Source of the DNA: a virus
Taxonomy: Duplodnaviria; Caudoviricetes
Strand: one strand, 5' to 3'
Length of the DNA stretch: 26,790 nucleotides
Virus record (IMG/VR): IMGVR_UViG_3300031519_000179
Location: 1-26,790 of that record
How positions within the stretch are numbered: position 1 is the stretch's first letter; the number at the start of each line of letters is the position of its first letter. Positions 16,572 through 26,543 of this stretch are shown one piece after another. The notes beneath the pieces are model-generated. The model searched no databases, had not been told where the DNA came from, and saw only the letters and a list, made by a program, of their open reading frames with translations. The translations under genes were made by a program, and so were the position numbers.

Positions 16572-18245
16572 ATGACAGTAATCACTAGTAAATATAAATC
16601 AGATGAGGCGCGTCTTTTTGTAGAAGATGTGGCGTATAATGATTACTACTTATTTACATCAAGCATATCAAATACTACGGTGGAAAACACTGCCGTGTCT
16701 AAAAGATCTTTTTTAGAAAAAACTATTTTCGGAAAAAAGCTATTGTCTGAAAATGTTTTTTATGTAATAAAGAATAACGTTTGGCAAACCGGGGAAGCTT
16801 ATGCCCAGTATGACGACGCTGCGGATTTAGAAGATAAAAAATACTATACAGTTGTTTATCCACAAGACAACACAACTGGCGATTATAAAATTTATAAGTG
16901 TTTATTTAATAATTACAGTAGCCTGTCAACCAGTCCTCCAAACTATCAGACAACAACACCAGATCAAATATATATCATGCCAGACGGTTATATTTGGAAA
17001 TACATGTATTCTCTTACTGTATCCGAATTTAATAAGTATAATACTAGGGGATATATTCCAATTATAGAACCAAGCGTTGCTGCCAATACTGTAATATCAT
17101 CTACGAGTACTGTAGATCAAGTATTTGTTACGAATAAAGACCAGAACGCGGGATATGAAAACGTAATAGGCACTATTTTTCAGGTTCTAAGAGCGCCAGT
17201 AAACACAATTACACTCACGCCAAATGCTGGCAGTGGGTTAAATGGAATTGCTAATTATTATTCTGGCTATAGTTTTTATGTTACAAATCAAAATACACGA
17301 TCGCAAGTGTACGAAATTAATACTTATTCATTTAATGCAACTACAGGACGGGCGACAATTACATTAGTGGAAGGAACACCACTCGATAGCATTTTAGTCG
17401 ACGCAGCTGACTTTAATATTTTACCAAGAGTTGAAATAAAGGGCGATGGATCTGGAGCGATAGCAATACCAAGCGTAAACACTAGTGGGTCTATTGTAAG
17501 TGTTACTGTGTTAAATAAAGGTTCTAATTATACACACGCCACAGCTGTGGTTGTTGATCCGTTCGCGTTTAATCCAAGCGCTACAGGCAGCCTAGACACA
17601 CGAGTTATACTTAGACCAGTACTTTCTCCTGAAGGTGGTCATGGCACAAATATTTCAGACGAACTTAGTTCTACTCGCGTTTTAGCATATACTGAATTAG
17701 ATGCGGTAGATAATACTTTTATTCCTTATACGAATTCTTATTCGAGTATTGGAATTGTAAAAAATCCAGAGTTTAAGGAAGTAACTTATCCTACTATTTT
17801 TGATAATAGAATAGAATTAGCAGTGGATACAAACCCCTTCGCCGTTAACGAAACTGTTACACAAATCGAAACCGCAAATACTAACAGTGACTTTTTTAAT
17901 AACACACGGTTTAGTGCAAAAGTTCACGCGGTGTCTGGCGACTATGTTTATTTAGCTGAATATTCTGGACCATATCCAAACGATCAAGGTACATATGCAA
18001 ACACAGATTTTAGTGATATATCTTTGGATATTAATTTGCCATTAATTTCTTCTAAGAGCCAGTTAATTGCAATAAATACAGATAACAGCCCAGCTTATAC
18101 TGGAAATTATGATTCCACTTACCCAGGTTTTAAATTATCTCCGTATGTACAAAGAACTGGCGAAGTATATTATATGCACAGTTTCCGCCCTATTACAAGG
18201 ACGGCGAGCTCAAGAGAACAATTTAAAATCGTCCTTGAATTTTAA
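16572..18245 (+). CDS. 8: Baseplate wedge subunit gp8
   Basis: W..G..Y..YDD, YKCL.N, DGY.WKYMY, GGHG.N...EL, IGI.KNP, GE..Y....PITR....EQ.KIVLEF motifs. Confidence 0.88.
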   Translation: MTVITSKYKSDEARLFVEDVAYNDYYLFTSSISNTTVENTAVSKRSFLEKTIFGKKLLSENVFYVIKNNVWQTGEAYAQYDDAADLEDKKYYTVVYPQDNTTGDYKIYKCLFNNYSSLSTSPPNYQTTTPDQIYIMPDGYIWKYMYSLTVSEFNKYNTRGYIPIIEPSVAANTVISSTSTVDQVFVTNKDQNAGYENVIGTIFQVLRAPVNTITLTPNAGSGLNGIANYYSGYSFYVTNQNTRSQVYEINTYSFNATTGRATITLVEGTPLDSILVDAADFNILPRVEIKGDGSGAIAIPSVNTSGSIVSVTVLNKGSNYTHATAVVVDPFAFNPSATGSLDTRVILRPVLSPEGGHGTNISDELSSTRVLAYTELDAVDNTFIPYTNSYSSIGIVKNPEFKEVTYPTIFDNRIELAVDTNPFAVNETVTQIETANTNSDFFNNTRFSAKVHAVSGDYVYLAEYSGPYPNDQGTYANTDFSDISLDINLPLISSKSQLIAINTDNSPAYTGNYDSTYPGFKLSPYVQRTGEVYYMHSFRPITRTASSREQFKIVLEF

Positions 18246-18256
18246 GAGAGAAAAAG

Positions 18257-21200
18257 ATGCCAATTAGTACAGATCTTAATGTCGACCCATATTTCGATGA
18301 TTACAATTTAGAGAAACAGTTTTATAAAGTTCTCTTTAAGCCGTCATATCCTGTTCAAGCCAGAGAACTTACTCAGCTTCAAACTATACTTCAAAACCAA
18401 GTAGAACAATTTGGCGATAACATTTTCAAAGAAGGCTCTATTGTTAAGGGTTGTAATTTTACAGAACTCAACGACATTAAATTTGTTAAGGTTACTGATA
18501 AAGCCGGTTTTAGTATTTCTAATTATGTTGGATCTCAAGACACTGTAACTATATTAGGTCAGTCATATGCTCGAAACAATACATACGAGCTGCGCGGTGT
18601 AGTTACTGGCGTAAAGGCATCAGTCGTCGCGGCGACCAGCGGCTTCGAAACAAGAAACCCAAATTTAAATACATTTTTTATTAACTATATTACGTCTTCT
18701 GGAGCAAACAAAGCATTCCAAACTGGCGAGCTTTTAAACATTTACAAAATAAGTACAGTAGAAGTAGCGTCTGGTGTTAATCGTACTGAAACATTAGTAG
18801 AGTCTATTAACGTTACTTCGTTTGTCGCCGCAACTGGATCTTCCTTCGGATTGCGTTCTGCACCAGGTGTTATTTATCAACGTGGCCACTTTTTATACGC
18901 TGAAGAACAATTAATTATTGTATCTAAATATTCTGATGCGCCTAACGACTTATCAATAGGATACGCGGTAGAAGAAAAAGTCATTAACTCGTTTACTGAC
19001 ACGTCTTTATTAGATAATGCAAATGGTTCGTTTAACCAAAACGCGCCAGGCGCAGATCGTCTTAAATTAGTTCCAATATTAAAATCTTTTTCAACTGCAC
19101 AAGCAGCTGTGAACGCTGACTTCTTTTCGCTAATTCGATATTCAAATGGAAATTCTGTAGTATTAAGAAACGTCTCTCAATACAACGTGCTCGGCGATGA
19201 AATGGCTAGACGCACCTTTGAAGAATCTGGTGACTACGTAGTAAGAGGATTTAAGCCAAAAATAATAAGAAAAAATGGTAATCTTACAGCGTCTATTTCG
19301 CCTGGCCTTGCGTATATAAAAGGTTATCGTATTGAAACAACTGCAGAGATTTTTCAGCCAATTACAGAAATCGCTAATACGGCGATAGACTCGAGAGCGA
19401 ACCAGCCAGTTTCTTTCGAGTACGGTTCGTATGCAAAAATACAAGATACGAATACTACGGGTACAGTTTCGCTCGGGACGTTTGATCAAGTGCAGCTTTT
19501 AACATCATCCGGCACATCTGCAGGAACCGCAAGAGTTCGCAACATAACTGACGATAAAATATTCTTATTTGATATTCGCACTACAGGCGGATTAATTTTC
19601 ACAGACGTTGACGAAATTGTTGGGACAAGCGGGTCTATAACAATTGCTAATAATTCTGTTATTCAAGAATCTAGTAAATCCGCTATGTTATTTGATACTG
19701 GCATGATAGGCCTTGCCGCAATGAGCAACGCATCAATTCCAGTAAGAGCGCAAAAAGCTTTATCTGGATTAACTAACACTACAATTTTAATATCACCCAA
19801 CACCGGTGAAGACTTTACTGTAAATAACGACGACGCTCTTTTTATTGACGCAACAAATACAAAAATAGATATTTTAAATAATTCCGTAGCAGGATCAGCG
19901 CTTAATTTAACACTAAGCGCGACACCATCTGCAACCGCGACATTATATTATAATAAAAGAATTGCAAGTGCTTCGCCATTTACAAAATCTTCAGAAACAC
20001 TTTATGTAAAATGCGACTTTGCAAATCCACCAATTACCTCTGCAAATTCCAAATACAACCTAGGATTCCCAGACGTATATGAAATCACATCAATTGCAGA
20101 CGTAAATGGAAACGATGTTACAGATAGCTTTAGATTAAGATCTAACCAAAAAGATAATTACTACGATCATTCTTATATCGAGTTTGTCCCTGGCCGAGTT
20201 GTTCCAGATCCTGGCGAAATGCTTGTTGAAGTAAAAGCGTTCAAGCTTAACGATACAACAGGAAATTATTTCTTTAATATAAACAGTTACCCCGCGGCCG
20301 TAGGAATAAATAAATTACAACCTTATACTTCGTCGGCTGGTGTTATATACAACCTTAGAGACAGTGTAGATTTTAGACCGTATGTTGAACCGTTATCTCC
20401 TGCTACCTACTCAAACGCAGCAGTTGTCGGAACAGCGCCTTCAGTTAGTACTTCTGCAACTGGTGTAAACGTCACTCCTGCTTTTTCTAGCTCATATGAA
20501 ATACTTACTCCTGCTTATAACTTAGCTGGTCAAGTAGATTATACTTATTATTTTGGTAGAAAAGATGCAGTTGTCTTGGACTCTTTTTCTAGTATTTCCA
20601 TACTGAAAGGAATTGAATCTGAAATTCCACGTGTGCAAACCACGCCTAGTGATCAGTTAAAAATTGCTGAGATTTTTATTCCTGGTAGACCCGCTCTTTC
20701 ACCAGCTGAAGCGTATGCTCAAAATAGAAGTGAGTATTCTGCAACAATAAAGCAAAAGGGTACTCGCGGGTACGACATGAAGTCTATAGAAAACATTGAA
20801 CAAAAAGTAGACACTTTACAATATTATGTTCTTCTAAGTACGCTTGAAGCTGATACCAAAAATCTAAACATCATTGACGAGAACGGCTTAAGTCGATTTA
20901 AGAACGGTATTATAGTAGATCCGTTTAACGATCTTAGTATTGCAAACTTAGAAAACGCAGAATATAACGCGGCAATAGATTTTACAGAAAAGTCTCTTAT
21001 GCCTGCAGTGAAATCGTTTCCAATTAATTTGAAGCTCAAGACCTTCGCAAACGCAAGCGTATTTCCAACGTCTACAAACCCAATTACAGGTTCTTTACAA
21101 AGAGATTCTGACGTTACAATCATTTCTCAGCCTTTTGCAACATCGTTTAGAAACTGCGTAAGTAATTTTTATAATTACATTGGCACGGGAACGCTGTCTC

Positions 21201-23623
21201 CAGAATACGACGCGTTATACGACACCGTTACAAATCCAATAAGCATAGACATAGATCTAACAACTCCGTTCACACAATTAGTTGATGCTATACAAGAATT
21301 TGTGCCATTAACTTCTACAACGACAGAAAATCTAGGTTCTTTTACCACAGGAACAAGAAGATCAGGAACAACAACTATTACTGGCTTTAGAGATACAACT
21401 AATAGTGTGCAATTATCTGGTGAAAAGGTCAATGAGCAAAAAGTCGGTGATTTTGTTACAAACTTTAATTTTAATCCGTATATGAGATCAAGAGAAGTAA
21501 ATGTGTTTATGTCTGGTTTAAGACCTAACACTCGACATTATTTCTTCTTTGATGAAGAAGATGTAAACGCAAACGTGTATCCCGCAGCTGGTGCTCCTAG
21601 TAGTATAAACAACCCGGCATTATTTACACGAGCTGGAAACATTGGAGCCGCAATAACGTCTGATGCAAACGGAATTGTGCGCGGCGTATTTAAAATACCT
21701 GAAAGCACTTTCTTCGTCGGAGACAGAAAATTAGAAGTAGTAGACGTTGATACATACACTTCAATAAGTTCTGCGAAAACATCTTACGGCTCATTAATAT
21801 ATCGCGCGTACAACTTTTCAGTTGAAAAATCATCGTTGTCTGTATCTACGAGAGCTCCTGAAAACTTTACGCAAACTACGACATCTGAAAGATCTGTTAC
21901 TCGAAGACAGGCTCCGCAACGAGATGACAATAGCGGCGATCCACTTGCACAAACATTTTTTATTAAAAGCGGCATGGGTGTAGGATCGGAAACAGTATTC
22001 ATATCTAAGTTAGACATATTCTTTAAAAGAATAAGTACCACAAACGGTATTACAGTAGACATAAGAGAAGTAATTAACGGATATCCTTCGTATGTGTCAG
22101 TACCGTTGTCAAAAGTGCATTTAAACCCAACCGAAATACCGGTTTCTGATGACGCATCACTAGCTACGAGCGTAGTATTTAAATCGCCAATACGCTTAGA
22201 TGCAGAAAAAGAGTATGCGTTTGTTGTTAAACCTGACGCTAATGATCCAGAATATTTGCTATTTACTTCTAAGGTTGGGGCAGTTGATCTTACTCCAGGT
22301 GCAACTAATGGTCTTACTATTACTCAAGACTGGGGCGACGGTGTTCTTTTCTCGTCTACTAACAATCGCGCTTGGCAATCTTATCAAGACGAAGATGCTA
22401 AGTTTATATTGTATCGTCACAACTTTAGTACATCTACAGGTACAATAACGCTTACTAATGACGACAATGAATTTTTCACTACAGCAAATAACGTTGGCCG
22501 TTTCGAAACTGGCGAATTTGTTTATACTGACGAGCCATTAATTGGATCTACTTCAAGTTCTGTAAGCGTTATTGCAGGAAGCACCACTATAACGGGAACT
22601 GATTTATCTAGTACGTATAGCGCTGGAGATTACATCTTGCTTGATGACGGGTCGACAAATAAGCAAATATTTAAAGTTGTAAATTCAACCACTTCAACAA
22701 TCACTGCAGATAGAAACGCATTCTTTACTGCAACAGTAAATTCCAATCCGATTACAGTTGGCGTGATATCACACTACGACTTTAGATATCCAACAGGTAT
22801 GATACTAGAACGTTCTTCAGCTACTTCAACCAGAAAATTTGAAGCTGGCGATAGTATTATTGGGTTTGATAGTGGAGCTACTGCTGCGATTGATTCGGTC
22901 AATAATAAAACTATTAGCTATATACAGCCTATGATTTCAAGAACAAACGATATAGTATCGAGTACATCTCTTTCTGGATCTTTCACTGGATCGTTGTCTA
23001 GCGGAACATATAGCCAAGGAGTTGCTTTTAATGATAAGACTCTATTTGCAAAACAAGGTATATCTATATCTAGTAAGTCTAACGACATTCCTGGGGATGA
23101 CAGATTAAATTTAATTGTAGAATTAGCCAATGGTTCAAACGTTACATCATCTCCTTTAATAGACATTGAAACAGCAGCCGTTCTTGCAAGCGAATGGCAA
23201 ATTACCAATGATTCAAATACAACATCAAAGTATATTTCAAGAACCGTAGAATTATCAGAAAACTTAGACGCGGAAGATTTTAAGTTATTTACAACCGCCT
23301 ATCGGCCAATGGGCACAGACATAAAAATCTTTATTAAGCCACAGGCTGCTGATGACTCGAGCACATTTGATACAAATGTTTGGGTAGAATTAGAAATTAC
23401 CGAAGGTGCTAACTTATACTCTTCAGTAAGTAATACGAGTGATTTTAAAGAGTTCGTTTATGCTGTTAAAGCTGCAGACAAAACAGCTGGAGTATTAACA
23501 TATACAAATGGAATATCAACGTTCGAAGGTTATCGCAGATTCGCAGTTAAAATAGAATTGCACTCTGAAAACATATTTAAAGCGCCTAGATTATTAGATT
23601 ACAGAGGAATTTCGTTAACATGA
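18257..23623 (+). CDS. Large virion structural protein, VrlC / DUF4815 family, 1788 aa
   Basis: LNV.PY.DD......YKVLF.P...VQARELTQLQ.ILQNQ...FG...FK.GS, L.DNA.G..N..APGADRLK, ARRT..ESG.Y.V, RFKNG..VD.F, DPLAQTF motifs. Confidence 0.88.
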   Translation: MPISTDLNVDPYFDDYNLEKQFYKVLFKPSYPVQARELTQLQTILQNQVEQFGDNIFKEGSIVKGCNFTELNDIKFVKVTDKAGFSISNYVGSQDTVTILGQSYARNNTYELRGVVTGVKASVVAATSGFETRNPNLNTFFINYITSSGANKAFQTGELLNIYKISTVEVASGVNRTETLVESINVTSFVAATGSSFGLRSAPGVIYQRGHFLYAEEQLIIVSKYSDAPNDLSIGYAVEEKVINSFTDTSLLDNANGSFNQNAPGADRLKLVPILKSFSTAQAAVNADFFSLIRYSNGNSVVLRNVSQYNVLGDEMARRTFEESGDYVVRGFKPKIIRKNGNLTASISPGLAYIKGYRIETTAEIFQPITEIANTAIDSRANQPVSFEYGSYAKIQDTNTTGTVSLGTFDQVQLLTSSGTSAGTARVRNITDDKIFLFDIRTTGGLIFTDVDEIVGTSGSITIANNSVIQESSKSAMLFDTGMIGLAAMSNASIPVRAQKALSGLTNTTILISPNTGEDFTVNNDDALFIDATNTKIDILNNSVAGSALNLTLSATPSATATLYYNKRIASASPFTKSSETLYVKCDFANPPITSANSKYNLGFPDVYEITSIADVNGNDVTDSFRLRSNQKDNYYDHSYIEFVPGRVVPDPGEMLVEVKAFKLNDTTGNYFFNINSYPAAVGINKLQPYTSSAGVIYNLRDSVDFRPYVEPLSPATYSNAAVVGTAPSVSTSATGVNVTPAFSSSYEILTPAYNLAGQVDYTYYFGRKDAVVLDSFSSISILKGIESEIPRVQTTPSDQLKIAEIFIPGRPALSPAEAYAQNRSEYSATIKQKGTRGYDMKSIENIEQKVDTLQYYVLLSTLEADTKNLNIIDENGLSRFKNGIIVDPFNDLSIANLENAEYNAAIDFTEKSLMPAVKSFPINLKLKTFANASVFPTSTNPITGSLQRDSDVTIISQPFATSFRNCVSNFYNYIGTGTLSPEYDALYDTVTNPISIDIDLTTPFTQLVDAIQEFVPLTSTTTENLGSFTTGTRRSGTTTITGFRDTTNSVQLSGEKVNEQKVGDFVTNFNFNPYMRSREVNVFMSGLRPNTRHYFFFDEEDVNANVYPAAGAPSSINNPALFTRAGNIGAAITSDANGIVRGVFKIPESTFFVGDRKLEVVDVDTYTSISSAKTSYGSLIYRAYNFSVEKSSLSVSTRAPENFTQTTTSERSVTRRQAPQRDDNSGDPLAQTFFIKSGMGVGSETVFISKLDIFFKRISTTNGITVDIREVINGYPSYVSVPLSKVHLNPTEIPVSDDASLATSVVFKSPIRLDAEKEYAFVVKPDANDPEYLLFTSKVGAVDLTPGATNGLTITQDWGDGVLFSSTNNRAWQSYQDEDAKFILYRHNFSTSTGTITLTNDDNEFFTTANNVGRFETGEFVYTDEPLIGSTSSSVSVIAGSTTITGTDLSSTYSAGDYILLDDGSTNKQIFKVVNSTTSTITADRNAFFTATVNSNPITVGVISHYDFRYPTGMILERSSATSTRKFEAGDSIIGFDSGATAAIDSVNNKTISYIQPMISRTNDIVSSTSLSGSFTGSLSSGTYSQGVAFNDKTLFAKQGISISSKSNDIPGDDRLNLIVELANGSNVTSSPLIDIETAAVLASEWQITNDSNTTSKYISRTVELSENLDAEDFKLFTTAYRPMGTDIKIFIKPQAADDSSTFDTNVWVELEITEGANLYSSVSNTSDFKEFVYAVKAADKTAGVLTYTNGISTFEGYRRFAVKIELHSENIFKAPRLLDYRGISLT

Positions 23624-23796
23624 TAAGAGATTCAAAATCTAACGCTTTAATTAACAACGACGTCGCGGCTCTTAATAAATACAAATTAGAACGTAATCGA
23701 GTTCAAAAAATTGAATCTCTTTTAAAAGAAGTAAGAGAAATCAGAAAAGTCATAACTTCAGTTTGCGAAAGACTTGACAGGATAGAAAGCAATTAA
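23620..23796 (+). CDS. Small coiled-coil protein, 58 aa (absent from ORF track)
   Basis: Manual translation MIRDSKSNALINNDVAALNKYKLERNRVQKIESLLKEVREIRKVITSVCERLDRIESN*; ATG overlaps the upstream TGA, GAGGA SD upstream, and it fills the gap exactly. Confidence 0.8.
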   Translation: MIRDSKSNALINNDVAALNKYKLERNRVQKIESLLKEVREIRKVITSVCERLDRIESN

Positions 23797-23799
23797 GAT

Positions 23800-24852
23800 A
23801 TGTCAAAACCAAATATAACTCCAGTCACAGTTACGCAGACCTTCCAATCATGGTTAGATAAAACTAATGACATCGTATCGCTATTACAAACGGATGTTAT
23901 GACTGCATCTGCCCTCGGCGATTCAACGACTGGTGATGCTACACTCGTAGGTAACTTTACGGCTAGCAATATTATTGCTAATACATCGCTGCAGACGAAC
24001 ACTATTTCACCCAAAGCTGGGTTTAGTACAATCAGTGCCACGGCCCCTATTGAAATAAGCTCTTCCGGAGTTGTTACTCAAACACTAATTTCACCAGTAG
24101 GACCAAGAATGCACTATTCTTCAGGATCTGTGATTTGGGCTACTGGATTTGATAATGCTGCTAATAACGATTTCATTATTGATACTGGCACTGGGACACA
24201 GAAATTAAGATTAACTCCAACAGGTGATCTGTATATTGCAGGAAAATTTTATGCAGCTAATGGTATCGAAATACCAGTTGGGGAATCTATCACGGGAAAT
24301 TTAATTGGTAACGTTACAGGCCAAGTAAGCGATATATCTAATCACGATACTGATGGTTTATCAGAAGGTACATCCAATCTCTTTTTCACCACAGCAAGAG
24401 CTAGAGCTTCGTTAGTTGCCGGAACCGGAGTTACATACGCTAGCTCAACTGGAACTATAAGCATAGGACAAGCTGTATCAACAGTATCTAACGTAACATT
24501 TAACAAAGTGACTGCAAACGGCGGTGTTGACATAAATGGTGAACTTATCGCAACTGGCGACGTCACAGCTTTTGGATCTATTTCAGATATTACTATGAAA
24601 GAAAACATAGTTCCAATACACAGCGCTTTAGAAAAAGTTTTGCAACTTGGTGGATATACGTTCAACTACAAAGGCAATGACACTCCTATGACTGGCGTTA
24701 TAGCACAAGAAATTATGAAAGTACTTCCTGGCATCGTATATGAACATGAAAATCCAAAAACAAAAGAAACAATTTATGCAGTTCGACACGGGAATTTAGT
24801 TGGGCTTTTAATTGAAGCTATTAAAGAATTAAACGAAAAAGTAGGTAAATAA
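23800..24852 (+). CDS. Short tail fibre with C-terminal intramolecular chaperone (peptidase S74-like)
   Basis: Fibre-type repeats (TD.L.EG..NL.FT..RAR) then GDVTAF..SD...KENI..I..AL.KV..L.GYTF....GVIAQE....P..V.....V..GNLVGLLIEAIKEL. Confidence 0.85.
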   Translation: MSKPNITPVTVTQTFQSWLDKTNDIVSLLQTDVMTASALGDSTTGDATLVGNFTASNIIANTSLQTNTISPKAGFSTISATAPIEISSSGVVTQTLISPVGPRMHYSSGSVIWATGFDNAANNDFIIDTGTGTQKLRLTPTGDLYIAGKFYAANGIEIPVGESITGNLIGNVTGQVSDISNHDTDGLSEGTSNLFFTTARARASLVAGTGVTYASSTGTISIGQAVSTVSNVTFNKVTANGGVDINGELIATGDVTAFGSISDITMKENIVPIHSALEKVLQLGGYTFNYKGNDTPMTGVIAQEIMKVLPGIVYEHENPKTKETIYAVRHGNLVGLLIEAIKELNEKVGK

Positions 24853-24853
24853 T

Positions 24854-25879
24854 ATGGCCATAAAAGCCTTTGGCTCTGGTTCGCTTACATTCACCGAAAT
24901 TGAAGCAGAATACGATAACACTAAGCCATATAGTTTGTCAGAATTTTATGCGGCAGGACCAAACATTCCTGCTTCTGGCACGATAAGGTTTAGTGATTTT
25001 TATGGCACCTCTGCTGTACAAATAATCCTAGGATCAGACATCGTTTCAGCTTATGACCCTCAAATAAATGGGTGTGACAACATTAAAAATTGCGACTTGT
25101 GGGCATTGTTAACTAGTATAGGCGCTACTGACCCAACTTTGCGCTACGACTTAACTATTCCAGCAAACGTATGGCTTTGGGCGGATGCTACAAACAATTC
25201 AGGATTAACTATTCCAGCAAATATGACTGGCGACATAATTATTCGAAACGATGGCAACATTGTTGGTATGGGTGGTAAAGGCGGAAACAGCAGTCAGGCA
25301 GGTCTAGCCGGTGGTACTGCAATAAAAATATTAACAGGCGCAGGTGTTACAATCATTAATAGCGCAAATGCATTTATTGCTGGCGGTGGTGGCGGTGGTG
25401 AAGGTTCGCGTGGTGCTGGCGGTGGCGGTGCTGGTGGCGGTGCAGGGGGATCGGGGTCTGGTACGGATCGTAATGGTCCCGGCGGAATTGGTGGAACTCT
25501 ATGCATTGCAGGGGCCCCCGGTGGTGGTGGATCCCAAGCTGGTGGAGGCCGAGGCGGTGGTGCAGGCGGTGGCGGCGGTGGTGCCGATAATGAAGGCGGT
25601 TGTGAAGATAGTGGCGCAGGTGGCGGCGGCGGTGGAGGTAGAATACTTCCCGGTGTTGGTGGTGCAGGTGGCGGCGGTGAAGCTGGCGAAAACGGTGGCG
25701 CTGGTGGATCAGGAAATAATCCAGGGTCAAACTCTATTAGTAATGGTGGATACGGTGGCGGAGGCTGGGGAGAATCCGGTGGTGGACCAAGCGGTGGTAC
25801 AGCCGGTTTTGCTATAGAAAGCAGAGTTGCTGGGATTTTAACTGTTTCAAACACAGGTAATATTTGGGGAATAGCTTAA
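24854..25879 (+). CDS. Glycine-rich receptor-binding adhesin, T-even gp38-like
   Basis: N-terminal SL.EFY...P.SG.I..SDFYG, I.N.G.I.G.GG.GG, IAGGGGGG, many polyglycine runs, terminal N.GNIWG; directly follows the S74 fibre. Confidence 0.75.
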   Translation: MAIKAFGSGSLTFTEIEAEYDNTKPYSLSEFYAAGPNIPASGTIRFSDFYGTSAVQIILGSDIVSAYDPQINGCDNIKNCDLWALLTSIGATDPTLRYDLTIPANVWLWADATNNSGLTIPANMTGDIIIRNDGNIVGMGGKGGNSSQAGLAGGTAIKILTGAGVTIINSANAFIAGGGGGGEGSRGAGGGGAGGGAGGSGSGTDRNGPGGIGGTLCIAGAPGGGGSQAGGGRGGGAGGGGGGADNEGGCEDSGAGGGGGGGRILPGVGGAGGGGEAGENGGAGGSGNNPGSNSISNGGYGGGGWGESGGGPSGGTAGFAIESRVAGILTVSNTGNIWGIA

Positions 25880-26391
25880 TGGATTTAAAAAAATTCTTAG
25901 AAGATAATGACGCTAGATGGTGTAAAGCCGCTTTAATATATGCTGATCGTTATATACCAAAAGATTTAGATAATGTTGCCGCAGGCGAAAAATGGATGAA
26001 TGCAGATCATTTATTCATGGAGCGTTTTAAAGCTATTTCAGACGAAATTGGAGAACCAATGACAGTGGTTTCTTTAAAAGATGCAATGGGTATTGTAAAA
26101 CTAAGAAAAACAAGGCCCGAGGTCGTGGCTAAATCTGGTAATTTAAAAGCAACAGATGAATATAGATTAGCTAGAACAACAGATAACGCAACACTATTTT
26201 TAGGTACCTTGGAAGAAGTTAATAATACTGATATAGTGATATATGATGATGACGCATGGTGGTTTGCAAAAGGTATTAACGGAAAAATATTAAACAACGA
26301 AGAAGAAGCATCAGTATATAAAAACGCCGTTGTAGTTCAGAGAAAATACTATGACGCTGAAGATGACCTTACTTCGTGGATAGCTGTATAA
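25879..26391 (+). CDS. Hypothetical protein, 170 aa; start revised to ATG 25879
   Basis: ATG overlaps the adhesin stop (TAATG); no recognisable motif. Confidence 0.65.
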   Translation: MDLKKFLEDNDARWCKAALIYADRYIPKDLDNVAAGEKWMNADHLFMERFKAISDEIGEPMTVVSLKDAMGIVKLRKTRPEVVAKSGNLKATDEYRLARTTDNATLFLGTLEEVNNTDIVIYDDDAWWFAKGINGKILNNEEEASVYKNAVVVQRKYYDAEDDLTSWIAV

Positions 26392-26460
26392 ACGCAAACA
26401 GCAGTAGAGTAAATAAACTTGTCAGCGCACCCTATAGCTCTAGTTGTTGTGTAATGAATT

Positions 26461-26468
26461 TATAAATA
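26461..26468 (+). promoter_or_regulatory. T4-type late promoter (distal of a pair)
   Basis: Exact TATAAATA in intergenic region. Confidence 0.6.
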
Positions 26469-26513
26469 AAATTAATTATGAGTTTTAAATTATGGCCAGT
26501 GATATGTTTGTTT

Positions 26514-26521
26514 TATAAATA
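26514..26521 (+). promoter_or_regulatory. T4-type late promoter (proximal of a pair)
   Basis: Exact TATAAATA about 22 nt before ATG 26544. Confidence 0.75.
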
Positions 26522-26543
26522 TAAGAAAAAAGGTTAACTAGAT

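Noticed and set aside
12115-24665. Many short (60-135 aa) ORFs nested in or antisense to baseplate genes
   Set aside because: All lie within well-supported structural genes, with no motifs or expression signals.
25380-25810. Local GC spike and GGC/GGT repeats suggesting foreign DNA or a repeat array
   Set aside because: Explained by polyglycine coding; no spacer-repeat structure or insertion boundaries.
25294-25854. Pro-rich, His/Arg-rich and Val/Ala-rich ORFs overlapping the adhesin
   Set aside because: Alternative-frame readings of GGY glycine codon runs, which lack stops by construction.
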